From positions 32,001 through 96,000 of the forward strand of contig CBDCYI010000005.1 in NCBI GenBank assembly GCA_965224085.1: 64,000 nt of DNA, given 5' to 3'. Shown here one piece after another: positions 29,679-38,537 of the stretch. The position numbers and the translations under genes were made by a program. The stretch's first letter is position 1. Each line of letters opens with the position of its first letter. The notes under the pieces are model-generated. The model was not told the DNA's origin. It saw only the letters and a program-made list of their open reading frames with translations, and did not search any database. This stretch comes from Candidatus Marinacidobacterales bacterium. Lineage in GTDB: Bacteria > Acidobacteriota > Vicinamibacteria > Marinacidobacterales > SMYC01.

Positions 29679-30683
29679 TCAATCACCGCTGAGGACTTCG
29701 CGGATGGAATAAGAGGGGCGCGCGCCGCTTTCTTGATTCAGTCTGACGAGAAGCTCCCCGACTAGGCCCAAGCTCACGAGTTGTAGGCCACCCAGCATCA
29801 ATAAGCTCGCCAGCAACAAGAGCGGTCGTCCACCAATCGGCTGTCCCAGCCCGAATTTGACCCAGGTCAAATAAGCCCCAAAGGAAACACCCACGAGGCC
29901 CATGAGTAGGCCTGCGGAGCCGAAGATCTGGAGCGGACGGCTCGCATAGCTCAGAAGGAACTTGACGGTCATAAGGTCGAGGACCACGCGCAAGGTTCGC
30001 GTGATTCCGTATTTTGACTCGCCCTGGCTTCGCGCGCGGTGACCGACGACAACTTCGTCGATCGAAACGCCGATGCTGCTCGCGACGGCGGGAATGAAGC
30101 GGTGCATCTCGCCATAGAGATGCAAGTTCTTGACGACATCCGAACGGAACGCTTTGAGCGTGCAGCCGTAGTCGTGCAGACGCACTCCCGTCGTGACCGA
30201 GATCAACCAATTAGCGATCGTCGATGGCAGGACGCGTGACACGAACGGGTCTTTCCGATCCTTTCGCCAACCGCACACGATGTCGAAGCCTGCGTCGAGC
30301 CTCTCGACCAAACGAGGGATATCCGCGGGCTCGTTTTGTAGATCCGCGTCGAGGGTCACGATGACCGGCGCGCGCGCTTCGGCAAAGCCGGCTGCGAGAG
30401 CCGCTGTTTGGCCGAAATTTTTTCGGAAACGGACGACCCGAACGCGTGGGTCCCGATGATTTAGCGCGCTCAAGAGCGCAAAGCTCGCATCCGTGCTGCC
30501 GTCATCGATGAACACGATCTCGTAAGTGCGCCCGTGGGGCTCGAGCACTTCGGTAATCTCGCGATAGAGGTTCGGTAAGTTCCCCTCTTCGTTATAGACC
30601 GGGATGACGAGAGAAATCTCAGGTACGGTCAAAGGTTTCGACACCTGTGTGGACGGCGTCCGCGTCTCCGCCTCGGAAGTCAT
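29679..30683 (-). CDS. GT2 polyprenol-phosphate glycosyltransferase (ArnC/DPM1-like)
   Basis: ISLVIPVYNEE, IDDGSTD, NFGQTAA, LDADLQNEP, LHDYGCTLKA, GEMHRFIP, two C-terminal TMs. Confidence 0.92.
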   Translation of the reverse strand: MTSEAETRTPSTQVSKPLTVPEISLVIPVYNEEGNLPNLYREITEVLEPHGRTYEIVFIDDGSTDASFALLSALNHRDPRVRVVRFRKNFGQTAALAAGFAEARAPVIVTLDADLQNEPADIPRLVERLDAGFDIVCGWRKDRKDPFVSRVLPSTIANWLISVTTGVRLHDYGCTLKAFRSDVVKNLHLYGEMHRFIPAVASSIGVSIDEVVVGHRARSQGESKYGITRTLRVVLDLMTVKFLLSYASRPLQIFGSAGLLMGLVGVSFGAYLTWVKFGLGQPIGGRPLLLLASLLMLGGLQLVSLGLVGELLVRLNQESGARPSYSIREVLSGD

Positions 30684-30689
30684 AGCGAA

Positions 30690-30699
30690 AGTATATACT
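30690..30699. promoter_or_regulatory. Palindromic back-to-back -10 elements
   Basis: AGTATATACT gives TATACT on both strands in the 36-bp gap between the divergent GT2 and gatC genes. Confidence 0.55.
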
Positions 30700-30719
30700 A
30701 GCGCTGCTCAGGAGTAAGT

Positions 30720-31025
30720 ATGGAGAAGCTCGACGATCGTGAAGTGCGGAAGCTCGCCGAGCTCGCGCATATAGCTCTCACGGACGACGAGCGCGCGGGC
30801 TTTCGAGGGCAGCTCGAGGCGTTCCTGGGCTACGCTGAGCGCATCCAAGCGCTCGACACGGACGGCGTCGAGCCGACGTCCAGAGCACTTCTCGAAGTAG
30901 GCTTCGGAGGCGGGAGCCGACTCCGCGACGATCGCCCGAACGAGAGTCTCGACCGAAAGGCCGTTCTCGACCAGAGTCCCGACGGGAGCGACGGCTTGTT
31001 CAAAGTTCCCAAGGTGTTACCTTGA
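30720..31025 (+). CDS. gatC: Asp/Glu-tRNA amidotransferase subunit C
   Basis: EVRKLAELAHI, LDTDGVEPT, LRDD, LFKVPKVL; overlaps the gatA start. Confidence 0.92.
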   Translation: MEKLDDREVRKLAELAHIALTDDERAGFRGQLEAFLGYAERIQALDTDGVEPTSRALLEVGFGGGSRLRDDRPNESLDRKAVLDQSPDGSDGLFKVPKVLP

Positions 31026-32482
31026 CGCTTTGGCAAGAGACCGTTACTTCCCTCTCGCGAAAGCTTCGAGCCGGCGAGCTCTCTGCGGCAGAGACGACGC
31101 GAGCTTTTGCGGAGCGCATCGAGAGCGTCGACCCCTCCCTCGACGCGTTCCTCGATCCCATGACCGCGGTGGCCACCGAGCGAGCACAGGCACTCGACGC
31201 GCTCGTCGAAAGTGAACGCGGCCCGCTCCACGGCGTTCCCATCGCCGTAAAGGACATCATCTCCGTCGCGGGAAGCCGCTGCACTTGTGGCTCGCGCATT
31301 CTCGAGCATTACATCCCCGTTTACGACGCCACCGTCGTCGAACGTCTCCATGCGGCCGGTGCCGTCGTGCTCGGAAAGACCAACATGGACGAGTTCGCGA
31401 TGGGCTCGTCGACGGAGAACTCCGCTTTCAAAACGACGAAGAATCCGTGGAATATCGAGCGCGTTCCCGGAGGCTCGAGTGGCGGCTCTGCAGCCGCGGT
31501 GGCTGCCCGCCTTGCCCCTGGCGCGCTCGGAACCGATACGGGCGGCTCTATCCGCCAACCGGCCGCGCTCTGCGGCGTCGTCGGGCTCAAGCCGACGTAC
31601 GGGCGCGTGTCACGCTACGGTTTGGTGGCTTTTGCATCCTCGCTCGACCAGATCGGACCCATGAGTCAAACGGTCGAGGATGCCGCTCTTCTTCTCGAAA
31701 CGCTCGCCGGGAACGACCCGAAAGACGCTACCTGCGCCACCCGCCCGGTTCCGCGCTATTCGCGAGAGCTCGACGCCGACGTCGCGAAACTCCGCCTGGG
31801 AATCCCAAAGACCGCGACGAGCGAAGGTATCGATGAGAGCGTCCGGGCGTGCTTCGACGACGCCGTGCGGCTTTTCGAATCCCTTGGTGTCGAGACCGAA
31901 GCCATCGAGCTCCCCTCCGCCGAGCACGCGGTCGCCTGTTACTACTTGCTCGCCACGGCCGAAGCGAGCTCCAACCTCGCGCGCTATGAAGGGGTGCGCT
32001 ATGGGCTCCGCAAGGGTGCTACAAGAGCTCTTCGCGAGATGATGGCCGAGACCCGGGCGGAAGGGTTCGGGCCCGAGGTCAAGCGCCGCATCCTCCTCGG
32101 TACGTTCGTTCTCTCCGCGGGCTACTACGACGCGTATTACCAGAAGGCGCAGCGCGTACGGACCTTGATTGCAAAGGACTTCGCGAACGCTTTCGAGCGC
32201 GTCGATGCCGTCCTGATGCCTACGACGCCCACGACCGCCTTTCCGATTGGCGACAAAGTCGACGACCCGCTGTCGATGTATCTCACGGACATCTTCACGA
32301 TCACTGCAAATCTCATCGGCGCCCCGGCATTGAGCCTGCCCGCGGGGTTCAGCGAGAACGGTCTACCGGTGGGCGTCCAGCTCGTCGGACGGCATTTCGA
32401 GGAAGCGACGATCTTGAAGCTCGGACACCACTTCCAGCAAAGCTCGGATTTTCACTGCAAAGAGCCCGACCTGCCCCGGTGA
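31022..32482 (+). CDS. gatA: Asp/Glu-tRNA amidotransferase subunit A
   Basis: GKTNMDEFAMGSSTENS, PGGSSGGSAA, GTDTGGSIRQP, EASSNLARYEG, LSAGYYDAYY. Confidence 0.97.
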   Translation: MTLWQETVTSLSRKLRAGELSAAETTRAFAERIESVDPSLDAFLDPMTAVATERAQALDALVESERGPLHGVPIAVKDIISVAGSRCTCGSRILEHYIPVYDATVVERLHAAGAVVLGKTNMDEFAMGSSTENSAFKTTKNPWNIERVPGGSSGGSAAAVAARLAPGALGTDTGGSIRQPAALCGVVGLKPTYGRVSRYGLVAFASSLDQIGPMSQTVEDAALLLETLAGNDPKDATCATRPVPRYSRELDADVAKLRLGIPKTATSEGIDESVRACFDDAVRLFESLGVETEAIELPSAEHAVACYYLLATAEASSNLARYEGVRYGLRKGATRALREMMAETRAEGFGPEVKRRILLGTFVLSAGYYDAYYQKAQRVRTLIAKDFANAFERVDAVLMPTTPTTAFPIGDKVDDPLSMYLTDIFTITANLIGAPALSLPAGFSENGLPVGVQLVGRHFEEATILKLGHHFQQSSDFHCKEPDLPR

Positions 32483-33026
32483 ATCCAGACATAGACGGGC
32501 ACGCCGAGCATCAAGAGCAAAAAACCCCAATACACGATTTCCTGCCCGGCCCCGGCAATCGCCCATAGCGAAAAGGCGAAGGCGAAAACCGAAACGCCTG
32601 AGAGTGAGAATGACGCGTGCGAGAGCTTGCGGCGGATCATGAGCTCAGCGAGCGAGCAGAACACGTAAGGCACAAGTGTGTTCATGTCGCAAGCAAAATG
32701 ATGAACGTGAACTGCTCTACGAGGCTCTTGGAGTAGTTCATCATGAGTAGCACGCTCGCGGGAAAGCTCGAGAACACGAGCCCATGGGCAGGCGTGTCAT
32801 ATTTCGAGATACGGCCGAACACTTTTTGGAAACAGACCATCGCGTGCGGCAGCGAGAGGTATCTGACCTTGAAGCAGGAGCCAGCCGTTCAAAGCGCCGA
32901 AGCAAGAGCCGACCTGATCCCGCCAAAAGACCCGAGCGATGCAGGGAGAAGAAAGATGCCGGAGCCGATCATGTTGCCGACGACGAGCGCGGTCACCATC
33001 CACATGCCGAGCTTGCGCGTTGCCAT
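32452..33026 (-). pseudogene. APC-family amino acid/polyamine antiporter (AdiC/PotE-like), large internal deletion plus frameshifts
   Basis: RKLGMWMVTALVVGNMIGSGIFLLPASL jumps to SCFGALNGWLLLQGQIPLAAARDGLFPK; further pieces NYSKSLVEQFTFIILLAT and LVPYVFCS...GVPVY lie in other frames. Confidence 0.88.
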
Positions 33027-33028
33027 GG

Positions 33029-34093
33029 TCAGCTTCGCCTCTCTTGAAAGTGATCCCAACCGCTTGTGCTCAGCGGCTCTACCGATCCGTCGCGCCGCAC
33101 GAGCTCTAAGGCGTCACCATCCGACGTCATTTCACCGATACGCGTGAACGCTATATCGCTGGTATCCCGAAACGCTTCGATGGCGGACGCATTGCGCGCA
33201 GTGAAAAGGAGCTCGTAATCCTCGCCGCCCGAAACAGCGGCGTACACGGGGTCGCGGCCATGCTCCCGTTTCCACGCGAGGGCGCCGGGCGCCAAAGGAA
33301 GCGCCTTTTCTTCGATTCGCGCGCCGGTGCCGCTCGCGCGGCACAAGCGATGTAAATCGAGACTCAAGCCGTCCGACACATCGATGCAGGCGGTGGCAAG
33401 GTCGCGCGCTCTGAGCTCTCTTCCGAGCGCGAGGCGCGGCTCCGGATCGAGATGCGCCCGAATACAGGGCTCGGTGAGTGGAAGCGGCCCCTCGCGCAGG
33501 GCGGCCGGACCTCGGTCCGAGAAGACAAGACCTCCCGAAGGTGACAAAGCCGCGCCTTTTTGCAAAAGCCAGAGGCCCAAAGCACTCGCTCCAATCTCGC
33601 CCGAGACGTAAATCGCGTCGCCCGCGCGGGCGCCTCCGCGGCGGAGCGTCTTGCCGGCCTCGGTATGACCAACAACCGTGACATCAACGACCGCAGGCCC
33701 ATCGGAGTGCGCCAGGTTTCCGCCCACAAGGCCCATCCCGAGCTCTCCGCAACGCTCTGCCGCACCGTCAATGATCTGCCATAGCGTTTCCACCTCGATG
33801 TCACCGGAAACACTCAGAGAAAGAAGACTCGCGAGCACGTGGCCCCCCATCGCCGCGATATCGCTCGCGCTGACCGCAACAGCCTTCCGCCCAAGAAAAA
33901 CTGGAGGCGTCGTCACCCAGGAAAAGTGCGTGCCTTCAACGAGCGAATCGACCGAAAGAAGCACGAGCTCACCGTCCGGCACAGAAACCGCAGCCGCGTC
34001 ATCCCCGATTCCGATAGAAACGTGCTCGAGGGGTGAGAACCGGTCCTGGAGCTCCGTGAGAAAAGCGTCTTCCCCGAACGCGGCAAGCTTCAT
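33029..34093 (-). CDS. thiL: Thiamine-monophosphate kinase
   Basis: GIGDDAA, DSLVEGTHF, SDIAAMGG, IDVSDGL, GGEDYELLFT, GWDHF. Confidence 0.95.
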   Translation of the reverse strand: MKLAAFGEDAFLTELQDRFSPLEHVSIGIGDDAAAVSVPDGELVLLSVDSLVEGTHFSWVTTPPVFLGRKAVAVSASDIAAMGGHVLASLLSLSVSGDIEVETLWQIIDGAAERCGELGMGLVGGNLAHSDGPAVVDVTVVGHTEAGKTLRRGGARAGDAIYVSGEIGASALGLWLLQKGAALSPSGGLVFSDRGPAALREGPLPLTEPCIRAHLDPEPRLALGRELRARDLATACIDVSDGLSLDLHRLCRASGTGARIEEKALPLAPGALAWKREHGRDPVYAAVSGGEDYELLFTARNASAIEAFRDTSDIAFTRIGEMTSDGDALELVRRDGSVEPLSTSGWDHFQERRS

Positions 34094-34103
34094 AGAACCG
34101 CGA

Positions 34104-34138
34104 CTGAATGCCGAACGCCGCATCCTGAATGCTGAATG
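34104..34138. repeat. Five degenerate heptamer repeats (CTGAATG-like)
   Basis: ctgaatg ccgaacg ccgcatc ctgaatg ctgaatg. Confidence 0.6.
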
Positions 34139-34143
34139 AAAAG

Positions 34144-34314
34144 ACCCCCGCTTTGCCGTGTAAGAGAATCTATTTGAACCACCCGCAAAGGTGGGCGACC
34201 CTTCCTGCGTCCTTCGCGAACTCTCGAGGAGCCATGCTCCGATCCGCCGGGGGGGTCTCCCCTTCAAATAGACGTTGGCTCAATAGTTTTTCCCTATCAC
34301 GCGCAAAGCAGGGT
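34144..34314 (-). ncRNA. ssrS: 6S RNA
   Basis: Directly downstream of zapA; long self-complementary rod (CCCTGCTTTGC/GCAAAGCGGGG, TCTATTTGAA/TTCAAATAGA) with a central bubble containing GAGCCAAC. Confidence 0.85.
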
Positions 34315-34326
34315 ACTCAGGCTCAA

Positions 34327-34656
34327 TTATACCGCTCCAGAAGTCTCTGTCGGCTCGCGTAGAGACTCCTTGAGCGATTTCACGAGCGCCGAGGCGTCGC
34401 GCGCGAGCTCCTCGTCGGCGTCGCGGGCCTTTTCCTCTGCTTTGAAGAACTCATCAGCGATATTCAGCGCCGCGAGAATGGCGACCTTTAAAGGCTCCGC
34501 CTGGCTCGAAGCATCAGCGATTGTGGCCATCTTGGTATCCACGAAGCGCGCGAGCTCCTCGATATAGGCGAGGTTCTCTTCCGCACGTACCTTATAGGTT
34601 TCTCCCATGATGACCACTGGGACGAGACTCGAATCCGGTTGACTTCCATCGCTCAT
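34327..34656 (-). CDS. zapA: Cell division protein ZapA
   Basis: VVIMGETYKVR, YIEELARFVDTKM, KVAILAALNIADEF. Confidence 0.9.
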   Translation of the reverse strand: MSDGSQPDSSLVPVVIMGETYKVRAEENLAYIEELARFVDTKMATIADASSQAEPLKVAILAALNIADEFFKAEEKARDADEELARDASALVKSLKESLREPTETSGAV

Positions 34657-34690
34657 AGGGCGGTTATTGTAGGCGACGGAGCCAGCTCGC

Positions 34691-35011
34691 TCAAGGGCTC
34701 GCTTCGAGCTTTCCGATCCGCTCGAGAAGCTGTTCCACCTTGGTGCGGATTTTCTTGCGCTCTTCGCGGAGCGCGGCAAGCTCGCCCCGGAGCTGAGCGG
34801 CGTCCAGAGCGGTGTCGTCCGAAGGAGCGGCGCCGCCAGCAGAAAGCAATTCCACCTGCCGCTTCAGCTCGGTGACTTCGCTTTTGAGCGAGTAGTTGGA
34901 TTCGCGCAGCTGTTCGATGAGCGCGGTCGCTTGCTCGACGCGCCCCTTGAGAGCTTTTAGACGGCGCGACGTCTTGGGTGCGGCGCGTTCCGTCTCAGCC
35001 GCTGTAGGCAC
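34691..35011 (-). CDS. ZapB-like coiled-coil protein
   Basis: All coiled coil, LREERKKIRTKVEQLLERI; upstream of zapA. Confidence 0.7.
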   Translation of the reverse strand: MPTAAETERAAPKTSRRLKALKGRVEQATALIEQLRESNYSLKSEVTELKRQVELLSAGGAAPSDDTALDAAQLRGELAALREERKKIRTKVEQLLERIGKLEASP

Positions 35012-35016
35012 TGCAC

Positions 35017-35376
35017 TCAGCTCGCCAGTGCTTCTTTCGCGACGTGGGCGAGCTCAGAAAACGCCTTTTCATCGGCGAGCGCTAGCTCGGCAAGTTGTTT
35101 CCGGTTCAAGGCGACGCTTGCTTTGGACAGCCCCGCCATGAACGTGCTGTAGGACATGCCGTTCAAGCGCGCGCCCGCCCCGATGCGGATGATCCACAGA
35201 CGGCGAAAATCCCTTTTGCGGGTACGCCGGTCGCGATAAGCATAGGATAGCGCGCGATCCACCGACTCCATGGCCGAGCGATAGAGCTTGCTCTTGGTGC
35301 CGCGAAACCCTTTCGCGAGCTTTAGTATTTTCTTGCGGCGATCGCGCCGGTTCGAACCTCGTTTGACTCTTGGCAT
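35017..35376 (-). CDS. rplT: 50S ribosomal protein L20
   Basis: [34 protein letters not shown]. Confidence 0.98.
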   Translation of the reverse strand: MPRVKRGSNRRDRRKKILKLAKGFRGTKSKLYRSAMESVDRALSYAYRDRRTRKRDFRRLWIIRIGAGARLNGMSYSTFMAGLSKASVALNRKQLAELALADEKAFSELAHVAKEALAS

Positions 35377-35404
35377 TTCTCGAACACTCCGAAACGATAT
35401 CAGC

Positions 35405-35602
35405 CTAATACGGAATCAGCGGTGCTACGAACTTAGCGTCAGCCTTCGAAACAAGGCCTGACTTACGCAGCCTGCGCTTCCGGTGGCGTTTCTTCTTCGT
35501 CATTATGTGACCGGCATTAGCGTGGCTGCGTTTGATTTTGCCGCTTGCCGTCTTGCGAAAACGTTTGGCAGCCCCGCGATGCGACTTTGCTTTCTTTCCC
35601 AC
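35405..35602 (-). CDS. rpmI: 50S ribosomal protein L35
   Basis: [19 protein letters not shown]; GTG start after an AGGAG SD. Confidence 0.96.
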   Translation of the reverse strand: MGKKAKSHRGAAKRFRKTASGKIKRSHANAGHIMTKKKRHRKRRLRKSGLVSKADAKFVAPLIPY

Positions 35603-35646
35603 TTGTGAGTTACTCCTTCTGGCTCGCACGAGGCGAGGGCGCTACG

Positions 35647-36219
35647 TCACGCCGATTCCGGCTCTTTCTCGTCGCCTTCCTCTTTCGCAGCTTTCATCTT
35701 CTCGATGACCGCCTTTCGAGGCGCCAGAATCTGATGCATCTGGTTTCCTTCCATCCTCGAGCGCGACTCGACGTTCGCGATCTCCCCGAGGTCCTTCGAC
35801 AATCGATCCAAAATCTTTACACCGAGCTGGCCGTGCGAGCGCTCCCGACCGCGAAACATGATCGTCGTCTTGACTTTGTCGCCCTCCATCAAGAATCGCG
35901 CGACGTGGTTTTTCTTGAATCCGTAATCATGGTGATCGATCTTCAAGCGAAATTTGATTTCTTTGACTTGAATTTGTTTCTGGTGCTTCTTCGCTTCATG
36001 AGCGCGCTTGTTCTTCTGGTACAGGTATTTGCCATAGTTCATGATCCGGCAAACTGGCGGGTTCGCTTTCGCAACGATCTCCACCAAATCCAACTCTTTC
36101 TCGCGAGCCATCCGGAGCGCGTCTTCCGGCCGAACGATGCCGACCTGTTCTCCGTTCTCGTCGATCAATCGAATCTCTCGTGCTCGAATCCGCTCGTTTA
36201 CGCGAGTAGACCTATCGAT
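35647..36219 (-). CDS. infC: Translation initiation factor IF-3, ATC start
   Basis: RVNERIRAREIRLIDENGEQVG, PPVCRIMNYGKY, KTTIMFRGRE; AAGGAGGT 5 nt before ATC. Confidence 0.96.
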   Translation of the reverse strand: MDRSTRVNERIRAREIRLIDENGEQVGIVRPEDALRMAREKELDLVEIVAKANPPVCRIMNYGKYLYQKNKRAHEAKKHQKQIQVKEIKFRLKIDHHDYGFKKNHVARFLMEGDKVKTTIMFRGRERSHGQLGVKILDRLSKDLGEIANVESRSRMEGNQMHQILAPRKAVIEKMKAAKEEGDEKEPESA

Positions 36220-36303
36220 GTGTCACCTCCTTCGTTCCCGCCCATATACATCCAGCTATTATGCCTGGCCCGTCATCTCGATTTCCACTGTGAATACCAT
36301 AAC

Positions 36304-38226
36304 TCAAGGCCTTAGTGCTCGTTTGTGGACCAAGGCCTGAACCGATTCGATGAAGGCCGGGATCGTCTCGCGCCCCTGGTCGCCGTCCTTTCGGTCGCGA
36401 ACGGATGCCGTCTCACTTTCGATTTCCTTGTCCCCGGTAACGAGCATGAAGGGGACTTTCTGAAGCTGCGCCTCGCGGATCTTTCGACCGATTTTCTCGT
36501 TCCGGTCGTCCACGTCGACGCGCAGGCCCGCCGCCTTCAGCTCGTCCGCAACCCTCTGGGCGTAGTCGTGATGTTTGTCGGAGATCGGCAGCACCACCGC
36601 CTGCACGGGGGCTAGCCAGACCGGTAGAGCGCCTTTTGTATGTTCTATCAAAAGCGCCATGAAGCGCTCGAGCGAGCCGAGAATCGCGCGGTGGATGAGC
36701 ACCGGCCGCTTGCGTGTCCCGTCCTCGGCTGCGTAGTGCAGGTCGAAGTTGTCGGGCTGCGCGAAATCGACTTGGATCGTCGCACATTGATGCGTGCGCC
36801 CAATCGCGTCCTGCACGTGAAAATCGATCTTGGGGCCGTAGAAAGCTCCGTCGCCGGGATTGATGCGATAATTCGTGTTGGCCACCTTGAGGCCCCGGAC
36901 GAGGGCCGCCTCGGCTAGCTCCCATTGCTCGTCCGTCCCGACGGTCTTGTCCTTTTCCGGCCGCGTGGAAAGCTCCACGCGCACACCTTCGAACCCGAAA
37001 TCGGCATAGACCTCGTCGGCGAGCTTGATGAGGTCCACGATCTCCTGCTCGATTTGCTCGTAAGTGCAATAGATGTGGGCGTCGTCCTGGACGAAGGACC
37101 GCACCCGCGTCAGTCCCGAGAGAACGCCCGAGCGCTCATAGCGATGGCAATGGCCGAACTCCGATAAACGCAGCGGGAGCTCGCGATAGCTCCTCAGAGC
37201 TGAATCGTAGACGATCGCCGCGCCCGGGCAGTTCATCGGCTTCATGCCTGCTTCCATGTCCTCGGACTCGACGAAATACATGTTGTGTTTATAGTGTTCG
37301 TAGTGGCCGCTGCGCTTCCATACGTCAACGTTCATCACGATCGGCGTCTTGATCTCCTGATAGCCGCGCTTGTCGAGCTTCTCGCGCATGTACTCCATGA
37401 GGCCGTTGACGACTTTCCAACCTTTGGGAAGCCAAAAGACTTGGCCCGGCGCCTCGGGCCGGATGACGAAAAGCGAAAGCTCCGTCCCTAGCCTGCGATG
37501 GTCACGCTTCTTGGCTTCTTCGAGCCGCCTCAAGTGATCCGCGAGCGCTTTCTTATCGTAGAAGGTCGTGGCGTAGATGCGCTGCATGGGTGCTCTCGCC
37601 TCGTCGCCCTTCCAATAGGCAGCGGAGCTCTTGAGAACTTTGATCGCCTTGATGACGCCGCTATGCGGCACGTGCGGCCCTTCGCAAAAATCGTAGAACG
37701 CGCCGACGCGGTAGCACGAGACGACATCGCCTCCCTTTTCGCTGACGAGCTCTCCCTTGAACGGCTGACCGAGCTCCTCGAATTTCGCGATAGCCTCCGG
37801 CTTCGGTATGTCCTGTCGCTCGTAAGGAAGCTTCCTTTTGGCGAGCTCCTTCATTTTGTCTTCGATCTTCTGAAGATCGTCCGGCGTGAAGGGCTCGTCG
37901 ACAACGAAGTCGTAGAAGAACCCGCCATCGATGGGCGGGCCGATCCCGTATTTTGCGTTCGGAAAAAGCTCGGTGACGGCGGCCGCCATTAAGTGGGCTG
38001 AGCTGTGGCGAAATATCTCGAGCGTCTCCTCGTCTTTCGGCGTGAGGATGCGCACCTCAGCGTCTTTGTCAATCGATCGGCTGAGATCGTACGGCTCTCC
38101 ATCGATGAGCGCCGCGATCGCAGCGGAGGCAAGTCCCGGGCCGATATCCTCCGCGATCGTGCGCGGGGTCACGCCCGCGTCATATTGCTTTGCCGTCCCA
38201 TCTGGGAGTTTCACCGTAATCGGCAT
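36304..38226 (-). CDS. thrS: Threonyl-tRNA synthetase
   Basis: RHSSAHLMA, CEGPH, RDHRRLG, KPMNCPG, GLTRVRSFVQDDAH, GAFYGPKID, IHRAILGSLERF. Confidence 0.98.
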   Translation of the reverse strand: MPITVKLPDGTAKQYDAGVTPRTIAEDIGPGLASAAIAALIDGEPYDLSRSIDKDAEVRILTPKDEETLEIFRHSSAHLMAAAVTELFPNAKYGIGPPIDGGFFYDFVVDEPFTPDDLQKIEDKMKELAKRKLPYERQDIPKPEAIAKFEELGQPFKGELVSEKGGDVVSCYRVGAFYDFCEGPHVPHSGVIKAIKVLKSSAAYWKGDEARAPMQRIYATTFYDKKALADHLRRLEEAKKRDHRRLGTELSLFVIRPEAPGQVFWLPKGWKVVNGLMEYMREKLDKRGYQEIKTPIVMNVDVWKRSGHYEHYKHNMYFVESEDMEAGMKPMNCPGAAIVYDSALRSYRELPLRLSEFGHCHRYERSGVLSGLTRVRSFVQDDAHIYCTYEQIEQEIVDLIKLADEVYADFGFEGVRVELSTRPEKDKTVGTDEQWELAEAALVRGLKVANTNYRINPGDGAFYGPKIDFHVQDAIGRTHQCATIQVDFAQPDNFDLHYAAEDGTRKRPVLIHRAILGSLERFMALLIEHTKGALPVWLAPVQAVVLPISDKHHDYAQRVADELKAAGLRVDVDDRNEKIGRKIREAQLQKVPFMLVTGDKEIESETASVRDRKDGDQGRETIPAFIESVQALVHKRALRP

Positions 38227-38235
38227 AACGAAATC

Positions 38236-38277
38236 AAAAACGCCCGCGGCGAATCCATCGCGGATTTGCCGCGGACG
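38236..38277 (-). terminator. Rho-independent terminator-like hairpin between tRNA-Val and thrS
   Basis: CCGCGGCAAATCC / GGATTCGCCGCGG stem followed by TTTTT on the minus strand. Confidence 0.65.
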
Positions 38278-38285
38278 CTAAGCAT

Positions 38286-38360
38286 TGGTAGGCGCGGGCG
38301 GATTTGAACCGCCGACATCTACCACGTCAAGGTAGCGCTCTCCCACTGAGCTACGCGCCT
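38286..38360 (-). tRNA. tRNA-Val(GAC)
   Basis: AGGCGCG...TAGCTCAGTGGGAGAGC, CTACC-TTGACGT-GGTAG, GGTTCAAATCC, encoded CCA. Confidence 0.97.
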
Positions 38361-38381
38361 AGTGACTCTACTCCGACGTGA

Positions 38382-38410
38382 ATACTAGCAATGCCACGTC
38401 ACGGTGTCAA
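38382..38410 (-). promoter_or_regulatory. Sigma70 promoter of tRNA-Val
   Basis: TTGACA-17 bp-TAGTAT with an extended TG. Confidence 0.8.
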
Positions 38411-38537
38411 GACAACAAACTCCTCTCTGAGTTGAAGATACACGCATGAGGGAGGTTCTGGGGTCTTTTTCTCGTCTCATTGACTGGAGTAGGAGGTGAG
38501 GTGATAATTGCGTAGGAGAAGTTTCCCCGTCCAAAGT

